Positions 20,080 to 30,184 of a stretch of DNA of 64,000 nt are shown here, piece by piece. Made by a program: the position numbers and the translations under genes. The notes beneath the pieces are model-generated. The model worked only from the letters and a program-made list of their open reading frames with translations, did no database searches and had not been told where the DNA came from. The first letter of the stretch is position 1. The number at the start of each line of letters is the position of its first letter. The DNA lies in the NCBI GenBank assembly GCA_045636685.1, contig JAZTXZ010000109.1, positions 10,381-74,380 of the forward strand, read 5' to 3'. This DNA is from Candidatus Avispirillum sp. GTDB taxonomy: Bacteria; Bacillota; Clostridia; Oscillospirales; CAG-272.

Positions 20080-20640
20080 TCAATTAATCTCTCCGTATTT
20101 TCTTTTTACTTCTCCTATACTCATACGGTATTTGGCGCAAAGAAGCTTTTTTCGCGCCTTATGGTCAGGGAGAAAGCTTGAAAGCAGTCCGTAAAACTCC
20201 TTTGAATGATTCATATGGCGAAGATGGCAAAGTTCATGAATTATTACAAGATCCTGGGCCGCCTCCGGATACATCATAACATACAAGGAAAGTGATATGC
20301 TCCCCTTATTGGAACAGGAGCCGAAACGGCTTTTGGCAGTGCTTATTCTTACCTTCCCGGGCCTAAGTCCCAAAAGAGCTGCATAACGCCAAGTCTTTTG
20401 AATCAAAACTATTTCACTGAGAGACCGAAGATATCTGATATCACTCTCGGAAAGCTCCTCTTTTTTTCTTTCCAAACTATCTTCAAGCTTTTTCTCGATC
20501 CATGCTGAATGTTTTTCTACTATCTTTTTGATCTCTTTATCCGAAATGCCATAAGGGGCCCGAACTGTGACCGCGCCTTCCTTTACAGCTATACCCACAG
20601 TTTTTCTTTTTGATCTGATGATATTATATTTAATTTCCAT
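20080..20640 (-). CDS. YgjP-like (DUF45) metal-dependent hydrolase
   Basis: HELCHLRHMNHSKEFY zinc-binding motif; 186 aa. Confidence 0.75.
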   Translation of the reverse strand: MEIKYNIIRSKRKTVGIAVKEGAVTVRAPYGISDKEIKKIVEKHSAWIEKKLEDSLERKKEELSESDIRYLRSLSEIVLIQKTWRYAALLGLRPGKVRISTAKSRFGSCSNKGSISLSLYVMMYPEAAQDLVIIHELCHLRHMNHSKEFYGLLSSFLPDHKARKKLLCAKYRMSIGEVKRKYGEIN

Positions 20641-20768
20641 ATTCTACATTATACTTTTCATTTGTTAATATTTCTACATGATAGTATATGTTTTCGGAGA
20701 ACATACAGTATGACGGTCGGTTGTAAATTTAGTTTTATCGGGGAGTTTGAAACCACATTGTCTCTAAC

Positions 20769-20798
20769 TTGACTTTAACGGCAATAATGGTATATAAT
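20769..20798 (+). promoter_or_regulatory. Candidate sigma-70 promoter of the ABC exporter operon
   Basis: TTGACT (20769-20774), 18-nt spacer, TATAAT (20793-20798). Confidence 0.5.
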
Positions 20799-20827
20799 TA
20801 CACCATCAACCATATAAAGGATATTCC

Positions 20828-22546
20828 ATGAAAAAATCTTTAAAATACTTAAAAAAATACAAGAAAGAGGTAGTTCTCGGCCCTCTTTTTAAGCTCATTG
20901 AGGCTACCTTTGAGCTTTTTATCCCTCTCGTTGTTGCTGCTATCATTGACATTGGTATCGGCGGAGGTGACAAGGGGATTGTTATCAATAACGGACTTCT
21001 TATGATAGGCCTTGGAATACTTGGTCTCATTTTCTCCGTTATTGCCCAGTTTTTCTGCGCAAAAGCTGCCGTCGGATTTGCAACGGATATAAGACAGGCG
21101 CTTTTTCAAAAGCTTCAAAAGCTTTCCTACTCTCAGATCGACTCCCAGGGCGAAAGCGCACTGCTGACCCGTCTCACAAGCGATACCAACGCCATGCAAA
21201 ACGGCGTAAATCTGGTATTACGCCTTGTTCTTCGCTCTCCCTTTATCGTTTTCGGCGCTGCTATCATGGCCTTTACCGTTGACCCCGAAAGTGCCGTTTG
21301 GTTCGTTATTGTTATTCCCGTCCTTGCGGCAGTAGTACTTGCGGTTACAGTCATAACCGTTCCTCTTTATAAGAAGGTTCAGAAAAAGCTTGAGGGAGTT
21401 CTCTCGCTCTCTGAGGAAAATATCCGCGGAGCAAGAGTTATACGAGCATTTTGTGCCGAGGAAACCGAAAAGGAAAAGTTCATCTCCGAAAACCGCGCAC
21501 TCTATTCTCTCCAGAAACTGGCGGGCAGATTTTCCGCTCTTATGAACCCCGTTACATACGTCATAATCAATGCGGCAACAGTTGCCCTTCTTTGGACGGG
21601 AGCTGTGAGAGTTGACAGTGGAGTCATAAAGGTGGGCGCAGTTGTTGCACTTTTCAACTATATGTCTCAGATTCTTATTGAGCTTATAAAGTTTGCAAAT
21701 GTTATCGTAAACATGCTGAAGGCCGTCGCCTGTGCAGACCGAGTCGAGGCTGTTCTCTATGCAGAGGATGAAGCACTTCCTGAAGGCTCGGACAAAACTT
21801 TCGACGGACTTGTCACCTTTGAGAACGTTACTCTAAGATACACCAAAGATGCTGATCCCGCCCTTGAGAATATATCCTTCTCCTGCAATGCCGGAGAGAC
21901 TGTCGGTATCATCGGCGGCACCGGAAGCGGAAAGACATCACTCGTGAATCTTATCTGCGGTTTCTATACGCCAGAAAAAGGCACAGTTGCCCTTTTCGGA
22001 CATGACGTTCTGAGACAAAGCCGCGAAGAGCTTCTCTCAAAGATTGCCATAGTGCCTCAAAAAGCTGTTCTTTTTAAGGGAACGGTTCGTGAAAACCTTC
22101 TCTGGGGAAAGCGCGATGCCACAGATGAAGAAATGTACAGCGCTCTCAGAGCCGCTCAAGCCGAGGATTTCATCCTTGAAAAAGGAGGACTTGACTGTCC
22201 CGTTGAAGAAGGAGGAAAAAACTTCTCCGGCGGCCAGCGCCAACGTCTTTGTGTTGCCCGCGCACTGGTCAGACAGGCCCATGTTCTTATCCTTGACGAC
22301 TCTTCCTCTGCGCTTGATTTTGCAACAGACAGTGCCATGAGAAAAGCTATCAAGTCCCTCTCTTATTCCCCCTGCACCTTTATCGTCTCCCAACGCACAT
22401 CCTCCATTATGCATGCCGATAAAATAATCGTTCTTGATGACGGACAGGCCGTAGGCATAGGTCAGCATGAGGACCTTCTCGAAAGCTGTCCCGTTTACCG
22501 CGAGATCTACGATTCTCAGTTTACAAAAGGAGGGGATGCTCGATGA
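20828..22546 (+). CDS. ABC exporter, fused permease/ATPase subunit 1
   Basis: 6-TM N-domain. Walker A GGTGSGKTS, signature FSGGQRQRL, Walker B ILILDD. Confidence 0.9.
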   Translation: MKKSLKYLKKYKKEVVLGPLFKLIEATFELFIPLVVAAIIDIGIGGGDKGIVINNGLLMIGLGILGLIFSVIAQFFCAKAAVGFATDIRQALFQKLQKLSYSQIDSQGESALLTRLTSDTNAMQNGVNLVLRLVLRSPFIVFGAAIMAFTVDPESAVWFVIVIPVLAAVVLAVTVITVPLYKKVQKKLEGVLSLSEENIRGARVIRAFCAEETEKEKFISENRALYSLQKLAGRFSALMNPVTYVIINAATVALLWTGAVRVDSGVIKVGAVVALFNYMSQILIELIKFANVIVNMLKAVACADRVEAVLYAEDEALPEGSDKTFDGLVTFENVTLRYTKDADPALENISFSCNAGETVGIIGGTGSGKTSLVNLICGFYTPEKGTVALFGHDVLRQSREELLSKIAIVPQKAVLFKGTVRENLLWGKRDATDEEMYSALRAAQAEDFILEKGGLDCPVEEGGKNFSGGQRQRLCVARALVRQAHVLILDDSSSALDFATDSAMRKAIKSLSYSPCTFIVSQRTSSIMHADKIIVLDDGQAVGIGQHEDLLESCPVYREIYDSQFTKGGDAR

Positions 22547-24282
22547 AAAAAATCAAAAAAGGCACCCTTTCCAGAATAATGAAATATCTTGGAAAGAGAA
22601 AATTTCTCATTTTCCTCTCCGTTTTATTTGCGGGCATCTCAGTTGCCCTGACCCTTTATCTGCCTACCCTTTTCGGTAACGCGGTGGATACGATGATCGG
22701 AAAAGGCAAGGTTGATTTCAATACCCTCATTTCCGTATTCACGCTGGCGGGCGCAGTTATCGCCCTTACCGCTCTTACCAACTGGATAATGACGGTTATA
22801 AACAACCGCATCACCTACGGCGTTTCCCGTGATATCAGAAACGCCGCCGCTGAAAAGCTGCATCGACTGCCTCTTTCTTATCTTGACAGCCACCCTGCGG
22901 GTGATACTCTAAGCAGAATGATAAGCGATGTTGACCAGTTTGCAGACGGACTTCTTATGAGCTTTACTCAGCTCTTCACGGGAGTTATCACCGTTGTTGG
23001 CACTGTTGGTTTTATGATAGCCATTAATTGGAAGATCGCGGCCATCGTGATCCTGCTCACTCCTCTTTCCCTTCTCCTTGCAAAGTTTATTGCAAAAAGC
23101 ACCCACTCAATGTTCAAGGCACAGGCCGGAGCACGGGGCGAACAGACAGCTTTTCTTGATGAGATGACCTCAAATCAGAAAACAGTTCGTGCCTTCGGCG
23201 TTGAAGAAGAGACCGCAAAGCGCTTCTGCACTCTTAACGAGCGACTCTGCGATGCTTCTCTTAAAGCCACGTTTTTTTCTTCCCTCGTCAATCCCACAAC
23301 GAGAATTATCTATAATATTATTTATGCAGTAGTTGCCCTTGTGGGCGCTCTGGCTGTTATGGGCCCTTCTGCGGCGCTGACAGTAGGCGGACTTTCCTGC
23401 CTTCTTTCCTATGCAACTCAGTATGCCAAGCCCTTTAACGAAATCACGGGCGTTATTGCAGAGCTCCAGAGCTCCTTTGCCTGCGCAGAGCGAGTTTTTG
23501 AGCTTATCGATGAAGAAGAAGAATGCGCCGACGGAGATATAGAAATAGGCGAAGCTATAGGAGACGTTTGCTTTGAGGGAGTAAGCTTTTCCTACAGCCC
23601 CGATAAAAAGCTTATCGAAAACCTTGATCTTCACGTCTCAAAGGGAATGAGAGTTGCAATCGTTGGCCCCACGGGATGCGGAAAGACTACCCTTATAAAC
23701 CTTCTTATGCGTTTTTACGACGTAGACCGCGGATGTGTGAAGGTTGACGGACAGCCGCTGCCACTTCTCAAAAGAAAGAGTCTTCGCAAAAATTACGGCA
23801 TGGTCCTTCAGGATACTGTCATTCGCCGCGGCACCGTTTATGAAAACATTGCAATGGGTCGCCCCGAAGCTACAAAGGAAGAGATCATTGAAGCAGCCAA
23901 GGCCGCCCACGCCCATGGCTTTATAAAGAGACTGCCAAAGGGATATGATACCGTTATCGGCCCCAACACAGGTCTTTCAGGAGGACAGCGCCAGCTTCTC
24001 TGCATTGCAAGAATAATGCTTACCATGCCTCCCATGCTTATTCTTGATGAGGCCACAAGCTCCATTGATACAAGAACTGAAATGAAGATTCAGGATGCCT
24101 TTGCAAAAATGATGAAGGGACGCACATCCTTTATCGTTGCCCATAGACTTTCCACGATCCGCGATGCAGACCTTATCCTCGTTATGGACAAGGGTCGCAT
24201 TATTGAAACGGGAAGCCACAAGGAGCTCCTTTCAAGGGGCGGATTTTACGCAAAGCTTTACAACAGTCAGTTTGAAAATTAA
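22543..24282 (+). CDS. ABC exporter, fused permease/ATPase subunit 2
   Basis: GPTGCGKTT, LSGGQRQLL, ILILDE. A 4-nt ATGA overlap with the upstream subunit suggests a heterodimer. Confidence 0.9.
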   Translation: MKKIKKGTLSRIMKYLGKRKFLIFLSVLFAGISVALTLYLPTLFGNAVDTMIGKGKVDFNTLISVFTLAGAVIALTALTNWIMTVINNRITYGVSRDIRNAAAEKLHRLPLSYLDSHPAGDTLSRMISDVDQFADGLLMSFTQLFTGVITVVGTVGFMIAINWKIAAIVILLTPLSLLLAKFIAKSTHSMFKAQAGARGEQTAFLDEMTSNQKTVRAFGVEEETAKRFCTLNERLCDASLKATFFSSLVNPTTRIIYNIIYAVVALVGALAVMGPSAALTVGGLSCLLSYATQYAKPFNEITGVIAELQSSFACAERVFELIDEEEECADGDIEIGEAIGDVCFEGVSFSYSPDKKLIENLDLHVSKGMRVAIVGPTGCGKTTLINLLMRFYDVDRGCVKVDGQPLPLLKRKSLRKNYGMVLQDTVIRRGTVYENIAMGRPEATKEEIIEAAKAAHAHGFIKRLPKGYDTVIGPNTGLSGGQRQLLCIARIMLTMPPMLILDEATSSIDTRTEMKIQDAFAKMMKGRTSFIVAHRLSTIRDADLILVMDKGRIIETGSHKELLSRGGFYAKLYNSQFEN

Positions 24283-24283
24283 G

Positions 24284-24318
24284 AAAAAACTTGCAGATTT
24301 TATCTGCAAGTTTTTTTC
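24284..24318. terminator. Bidirectional terminator between the ABC exporter and the P-type ATPase
   Basis: Stem acttgcagat / atctgcaagt flanked by A- and T-runs. Confidence 0.75.
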
Positions 24319-24327
24319 TTTTAAGTA

Positions 24328-26991
24328 TTATTTTTTCGAAATGCCCTTTTGCAATATTTTCCTTATCATATCCGCGGGGATGACCGTTAGAGCGATGAGG
24401 GCACAGTAGAACAGATGCAATGGCTCGAGGGGGGTACAACGGAATACCTCGCCGCCGAAATAGATTATGAGAAGCTGTACTGCTGCAACAAGGGTCATTA
24501 TAAAAACGAAGGGCTTATTGCCCGCAATGCAGGAGAAAATATTTATACACTCCGTTCTCGCATTGAAGGAATTGAATATTCCGCAGAAAATAAACATTGC
24601 GAAAAATGCCGTCAGAAAATAAAGCTCGCTGCCACCGAAAAGCCCCCTTACAAATCTGCTTTTTAAAAACCAGATACCGAGAAACAAAGTATATCCACCG
24701 GTTATAAGTATCTGAGAAAGCATACTGCCTGATATTATTTTTTCATCTCTGGAAAGGCTTTCCGTTTTCATATACGCTCTCATAGCAGGCTCTCCCGCAA
24801 AGGCAAGGCCGCCGAGGGTATCCATAATTATATTGACCCAGAGCATCTGGATCACCGTCACCGGGCTGTTTATACCTATAAACGGGCCGATGAGTGATAT
24901 TCCCATGGCTGAAAGATTCATCAAAAGCTGAAAGACCACGAATTTCCGAATGCTTCTGAATATGGTTCTGCCGTAAAGAACTGCACGAGTAATTGAAACA
25001 AAGGAATTATCTGTTATTACAACATCACCCGCTTCCTTGGCTACGTCCGTACCGCCGCCCATTGCAAAGCCCACATCTGCCGCCTTAAGAGCAGGAGCAT
25101 CGTTTATTCCATCCCCCGTCATGCCCACAGTTTTGCCCATTTCTTCCGAAAGGCGAACAAGCCTTATCTTATCTGAGGGCAGAGCTCTGGAAACCACAGC
25201 AACCTTCGAAAGAGATGCTTTTACCTCTTCATCCGTCATTGTGTGGAGCTTCTCCGCAGTCAATATCTCATTCGTTTCCCCATTGATTATCCCCGTCTCC
25301 ATAGCAACCGCTCTTGCGGTATGAGGGTTATCTCCGGTTACCATAACGACCTGTATTCCCGCAGTATGGCAATCGTTTACGGCTCTTCGCACATCTTTTC
25401 TGACGGGGTCTCTTATAGCCGCAAGAGCTATAAAGCAAAGGCCGCATATAGCTCCTTGCTTTGCAGAAAAAAATGATTTTTCATCTCCCATTGCAAGGCA
25501 TAGAACGCGACAGGCCTTATCGGAAAAATCCTTCTGAGTATCTTCGATATCTCTTATTGCCATGCTGTCGAGACCGCATATCTCGCCGCCGTCTCCCATA
25601 TAGCATGAGCAAGCACTCATGAGGACCTCAGGCGCACCAACAAAATAAGACACTCCTCTGTCTGTAAGTCCTGCGGAGAATTTGTTTTTTGAATCAAAGG
25701 GAATACGCTCAGTTGTTTTTACTTTACTTTGGAGGAATGTGCAGAGGGCCTTTTCCGTAGCACCGGAATTGACAGAGCAACAGGCTCCTATGCAATGGGA
25801 AATGCTCTCTTTATTCGGCACAGTTTTCTTGTTTTCCGAGTTTCCTCTCCACCCGATGCCCCACACGTCTGTAACGCTCATTTTTCCCGTTGTGAGAGTG
25901 CCGGTTTTATCTGTAAAAAGCACGTTCAGATTTCCCGCCGTTTCAATGCCTACAAGCTTTCGGACAAGGACGCCTCCACGCATCATCTTTTTCATATTGG
26001 AGGAAAGGACCACAGTTATCATCATTGGAAGACCCTCGGGGACTGCCACGACCACAACGGAAACGGCGACGGTGACAGCTCTGAGAATTTCGGAAATGAG
26101 AAAGGGTCTGTCAGCAAATCGCTCCCGTACCAGAACCATATCCATACCTGATGCTATGAAAAAGGAATTGAAAAGATAGGCAAAAGCTATCATAAATGCG
26201 CCAATGTATCCCATAAAGCCGATAGACTTTGCAAGAGCGGAAAGCCTATGCTTCAATGGGCCGGGTCTACCTGAATCCGCAAGGCTTCCTGCAATCTGGC
26301 CCATGAATGTATCGTCTCCCACACGAAGGACCACCATCTCGCCGCCGCCTTTGACAACAGCAGTTCCGCCAAACACCTGAGAAGGACTTGAAAGCTCAAA
26401 CTCTGTCTTTCCGATATCTGAAAAGCAAGTGTTGCAAGGCACCTTTTTCACATCCAAGCTTTCCCCCGTCAGGACAGACTGATCACAAAATACTTCTCCC
26501 AAAACAAGAACTCCGTCTGCAGGAATACTCATGCCCTGTACAAGTATAACTCTGTCGCCAACTACTATCTCAGACGGGGATATCTCCATTTCTCTGCCTC
26601 CTCGTCTGACAATACATTTTCCTTTGGCCGCCCCATCGCAAAGGCGGCTATATGCCAAAGAAGAGCTATACTCGGAAACGGTTGACACAAGGGTGGCTAT
26701 GAGTATTGCTGCTACTATTCCGAGGCTTTCGGCCCAGTTTATCTTTCCGAGGCTTGCCAGGGCATTGATTATCAACGCACCTATAAGTATTTTGATTATA
26801 GGATCGTTGAAACTTTTGAGAAGCTGGCGAAAGAACCCGGCCTGTTTTTTTCTTGTAAGTATATTTTTACCGTATTTCTCTGCATTTTCGGTTGCCTCTC
26901 TTGCACTGAGCCCGTCATAGCTGTATTCGATACGCCCGTATCTCTTATCCTTTGCAAATCCCCTCTCATGACTTTTTATCTGCACATTCAT
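24328..26991 (-). CDS. P-type cation-transporting ATPase (Ca2+-ATPase-like, P2 type)
   Basis: DKTGTLT phosphorylation motif, TGES, MVTGDN, GDGINDAPALK; 887 aa. Confidence 0.9.
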   Translation of the reverse strand: MNVQIKSHERGFAKDKRYGRIEYSYDGLSAREATENAEKYGKNILTRKKQAGFFRQLLKSFNDPIIKILIGALIINALASLGKINWAESLGIVAAILIATLVSTVSEYSSSLAYSRLCDGAAKGKCIVRRGGREMEISPSEIVVGDRVILVQGMSIPADGVLVLGEVFCDQSVLTGESLDVKKVPCNTCFSDIGKTEFELSSPSQVFGGTAVVKGGGEMVVLRVGDDTFMGQIAGSLADSGRPGPLKHRLSALAKSIGFMGYIGAFMIAFAYLFNSFFIASGMDMVLVRERFADRPFLISEILRAVTVAVSVVVVAVPEGLPMMITVVLSSNMKKMMRGGVLVRKLVGIETAGNLNVLFTDKTGTLTTGKMSVTDVWGIGWRGNSENKKTVPNKESISHCIGACCSVNSGATEKALCTFLQSKVKTTERIPFDSKNKFSAGLTDRGVSYFVGAPEVLMSACSCYMGDGGEICGLDSMAIRDIEDTQKDFSDKACRVLCLAMGDEKSFFSAKQGAICGLCFIALAAIRDPVRKDVRRAVNDCHTAGIQVVMVTGDNPHTARAVAMETGIINGETNEILTAEKLHTMTDEEVKASLSKVAVVSRALPSDKIRLVRLSEEMGKTVGMTGDGINDAPALKAADVGFAMGGGTDVAKEAGDVVITDNSFVSITRAVLYGRTIFRSIRKFVVFQLLMNLSAMGISLIGPFIGINSPVTVIQMLWVNIIMDTLGGLAFAGEPAMRAYMKTESLSRDEKIISGSMLSQILITGGYTLFLGIWFLKSRFVRGLFGGSELYFLTAFFAMFIFCGIFNSFNARTECINIFSCIAGNKPFVFIMTLVAAVQLLIIYFGGEVFRCTPLEPLHLFYCALIALTVIPADMIRKILQKGISKK

Positions 26992-27197
26992 TGTCCCACC
27001 TCCGTTTACTTTTCATTATATGAGGGAGATGAGAGATACTATGCAGAAAACCTTGAAAAGGATTGAAAATCACTCCGCTTACAAACATACACTACATTAA
27101 ACAGTCGCCCCTGCAATGAATTGCACGTCCACACATATGCACGTAATGTGAAACGGAATTTAATGCAAAAGCCAACGGTTTTGTTACACGTTTGAAT

Positions 27198-27224
27198 GAA
27201 AAAACCGCCCGAAGGCGGTTTTTA
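27198..27224 (-). terminator. Terminator downstream of the DUF218 gene
   Basis: Stem aaccgcc / ggcggtt with flanking A/T runs. Confidence 0.55.
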
Positions 27225-27324
27225 TCATTTATTGATTTTTTAATTTTATGGAAGAACCTCTTCCTTCTTTATGCAGAGCACCAATGGCAATTTCCAGGTT
27301 ATGACCTTCACTTCATTGGCAAAA

Positions 27325-27936
27325 TCATCCCTTGGAATGGCCGAGAAACTCGTCCATTTCGTCGCAAAGCTGGCCACCTGCTTTTCTGAGCTCTGACATT
27401 ACTCTCTTCGTTGCCGCACCGTCAAGATGCCACGTGTTCTTCTCAATACCGTCCACATCTGTGGGGACTATAATAAACTCCGTTTCCGGAAAAGCATAGG
27501 TATAGTACATAAGACATCGACGGGCATGGAATGACTTACAGCATATTATGGCCTTTTTTACTTCAAGGCCCATCTTATCCGTAAGTTTTCTTGAATAAAC
27601 CGCATTCAGCTTAGTATACGTAGCTCTGTTCTCACACACGACAGCATCCTCGGGCACTCCGCACTTTACAAGAACATCCTTATAGAAGTCGCTCTCCGTT
27701 TCATAATTCCCGTTATAGATATCTGACTTTGTGTGTATCACAAGGGGGCCTTCTTTATCGATAGCCTTCTTTCCGGAGGGCATAATTATTGGCGCATAGC
27801 CCTTGAGATATACCTCTGCTCCCTTTTCGGGGACTTCTGCGTGTCCGCCACCGGGAAGAAAGATAATGTCTGCTTTTTGCAACTCATCTTCTAAAAATAT
27901 AAAATCGGAAATATCCTTGATTATTCTGTTTTGCAT
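27325..27936 (-). CDS. DUF218 (YdcF/ElyC-like) domain protein
   Basis: 203 aa. DIIFLPGGGH ... IIMPSGK pattern typical of the DUF218 family. Confidence 0.65.
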   Translation of the reverse strand: MQNRIIKDISDFIFLEDELQKADIIFLPGGGHAEVPEKGAEVYLKGYAPIIMPSGKKAIDKEGPLVIHTKSDIYNGNYETESDFYKDVLVKCGVPEDAVVCENRATYTKLNAVYSRKLTDKMGLEVKKAIICCKSFHARRCLMYYTYAFPETEFIIVPTDVDGIEKNTWHLDGAATKRVMSELRKAGGQLCDEMDEFLGHSKG

Positions 27937-28034
27937 TTTATCACCTCAAATATATTTTAGCAGAAACCTTCTTAAGTTTCAATATAAATGCAAAAACGGA
28001 AGGTTTTGTTCTTTTTCTATTTTATCCCTTATCT

Positions 28035-28072
28035 CAAAAAACTCCCTGCAAATTTTGCAGGGAGTTTTTTGT
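28035..28072 (-). terminator. Terminator of the xpt/BMP ABC importer operon
   Basis: Stem actccctgca / tgcagggagt with A/T runs, directly after the stop at 28073. Confidence 0.7.
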
Positions 28073-29068
28073 TTATCTCTCCTCGCGGAAATAAGTGAGG
28101 CCCAGACTTTCAGGAGGCTGATGCTCTCTCTTTTTTCTCATACTTGTGAATACGAGGACTATTATTGTTACCACGTAGGGGAGCATCTTGAAAAGCTCCT
28201 GAGTTTCAGCGCCAAGACCGTGGATATAGTTATTGGCGTTACAAAGGGCACCGAATACAAATGAGCCAACGATTGCCATTGAAGGCTTCCAGAGGGCGAA
28301 AATTACAAGAGCAATCGCCATCCAGCCGCGGTCTCCGAAGGCATTATTTGACCAAACGCCGTTTGCATATGCCATTACATACTGAAGTCCGCCGAGACCT
28401 GCAACCGCGCTTCCTATCATAGTTGCAATATACTTATAAGCAGTTACGTTTATACCTGCCGCATCTGCCGTTGCGGGATTCTCACCCACGGAGCGGAGAT
28501 TAAGTCCCACGCGAGTACGGTTAAGTACCAAGGACGCGCCAACTGCTATGATAATTGCAAGATAGGTAAGAAAATCATGTGAAAGGAAAATATCTCCAAA
28601 CCAACCGAGATCGTCTGCAAAGGGGAGCTTTGCGCAGAAGAACTGGCTTGTTTTTGAAAGAGCGATGGAAGGCATATCGCTGTCTGTAAGCTTGATAAGC
28701 GATCCACCGAAGAAGTTACCGAGACCGATACCGAAGGTTGTGATAGCAAGACCCGTAACGTTCTGATTTGCTCTGAGAGTTACTGTGAGGAAGCTATAGA
28801 TAAGACCCATAAGAACGCTTCCGAGAATAGCGCAAAGAAAAGGGATCATAATGCTGAGAAATGCGTTCATATTAGCAACATCATTTGAGCAGGCCTGCTC
28901 ATAAAGAAATGCGCCGATAACGCCGCCGATAGCACCGGTATACATAATACCGGGAATACCCAGATTAAGATGTCCGGACTTCTCAGTAATTATCTCACCG
29001 GTTGAGCCGTAAAGAAGGGGAACACCCAGCATTATTGCTCTGCATATAAACTGTACTACAATGCTCAT
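28073..29068 (-). CDS. ABC importer permease (BMP/nucleoside-type, second permease)
   Basis: 331 aa polytopic membrane protein, 4-nt overlap with the upstream permease, operon context. Confidence 0.85.
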   Translation of the reverse strand: MSIVVQFICRAIMLGVPLLYGSTGEIITEKSGHLNLGIPGIMYTGAIGGVIGAFLYEQACSNDVANMNAFLSIMIPFLCAILGSVLMGLIYSFLTVTLRANQNVTGLAITTFGIGLGNFFGGSLIKLTDSDMPSIALSKTSQFFCAKLPFADDLGWFGDIFLSHDFLTYLAIIIAVGASLVLNRTRVGLNLRSVGENPATADAAGINVTAYKYIATMIGSAVAGLGGLQYVMAYANGVWSNNAFGDRGWMAIALVIFALWKPSMAIVGSFVFGALCNANNYIHGLGAETQELFKMLPYVVTIIVLVFTSMRKKREHQPPESLGLTYFREER

Positions 29069-30180
29069 GCTCTTTCCTCCTTTTTCTTATGACGAAGCTT
29101 AAAGCTATAGCGGATGAAGAACTCGCATCCTACAACGCAAAGGATAACCACACCTACCGCAATATCCGCAAAGGACGCATTGAGATAGCAGGTATCCGCA
29201 ACCTTTGCAGTACCCAGTCTCAGGAAAATGACGATAGCCGTCATAATTACCATAATAAAGGGATTGAACTGACCGAGCCATGAGATCATAATCGCAGTGA
29301 AGCCCTGGCCGCCAACGGTCTTTGTATTAATAGTATGGTCTGTACCGGCAACAAGAAGCATACCTGCAATACCGCAGACAGCACCTGATATAAGCATGGT
29401 TCTGATTATTATCTTCTTAACGTTTACGCCGATATAACGGGCTGTATTCTGGCTCTCACCTACAACGCTGATCTCATATCCGTGCTTTGAGTACTTAAGA
29501 TAAACGTACATAAGAACTGTGAGAACAGCTACTATCACGATATTTACAAGATAGCGGTTTCCGTCTACAACGGGGAAATTACCGTGCTCTACAGGCTGGA
29601 TAATATTTGATCCGCCGCCCTTGATATATACATAATATGCGATGATCTGAGTGGCGATATAGTTCATCATCAGGGTGAACAAGGTCTCGTTTGTATTAAA
29701 GAATGCCTTGAAAACAGCGGGAACAAAGCCCCAGAATGCACCTGCAAGAATACTTGCAACGGCGATGATGACAAGAAGAAGTCCGTCAGGAACCTTGCCG
29801 CCAAGCTCGATCATACAGATCATTGCCGCAAAGCCGCCCATAAGGGCCTGACCCTCTGCGCCGCAGTTCCAGAACTTCATCTTAAATGCGGGGGTAAGAG
29901 CAAGTGCAAGGCAAAGAAGGATAGCTATCTCCTGGAGATATTTCCAGAGCATTACAGTGGATCCTGTTTCGATTCTGCCGAACACTCCTCGATACATTAT
30001 TTCAAAAGTTTCGAAGAGGCTCTTCTCTGTCAGGAGCATTGAGAGAAAGCCAACGAAAAGCACTGACAAAAGAATAGTTACGACTCTGATTATCCAAGCC
30101 TTCCACCATACCATATCATCGCGCTTTGCGATATGGACGAGAGGCTCGCGATGAGCTTTTTGGTGCACACTTTTAGTCAT
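29065..30180 (-). CDS. ABC importer permease (BMP/nucleoside-type, first permease)
   Basis: 371 aa polytopic membrane protein; operon context. Confidence 0.85.
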   Translation of the reverse strand: MTKSVHQKAHREPLVHIAKRDDMVWWKAWIIRVVTILLSVLFVGFLSMLLTEKSLFETFEIMYRGVFGRIETGSTVMLWKYLQEIAILLCLALALTPAFKMKFWNCGAEGQALMGGFAAMICMIELGGKVPDGLLLVIIAVASILAGAFWGFVPAVFKAFFNTNETLFTLMMNYIATQIIAYYVYIKGGGSNIIQPVEHGNFPVVDGNRYLVNIVIVAVLTVLMYVYLKYSKHGYEISVVGESQNTARYIGVNVKKIIIRTMLISGAVCGIAGMLLVAGTDHTINTKTVGGQGFTAIMISWLGQFNPFIMVIMTAIVIFLRLGTAKVADTCYLNASFADIAVGVVILCVVGCEFFIRYSFKLRHKKKEERA

Positions 30181-30184
30181 CTCT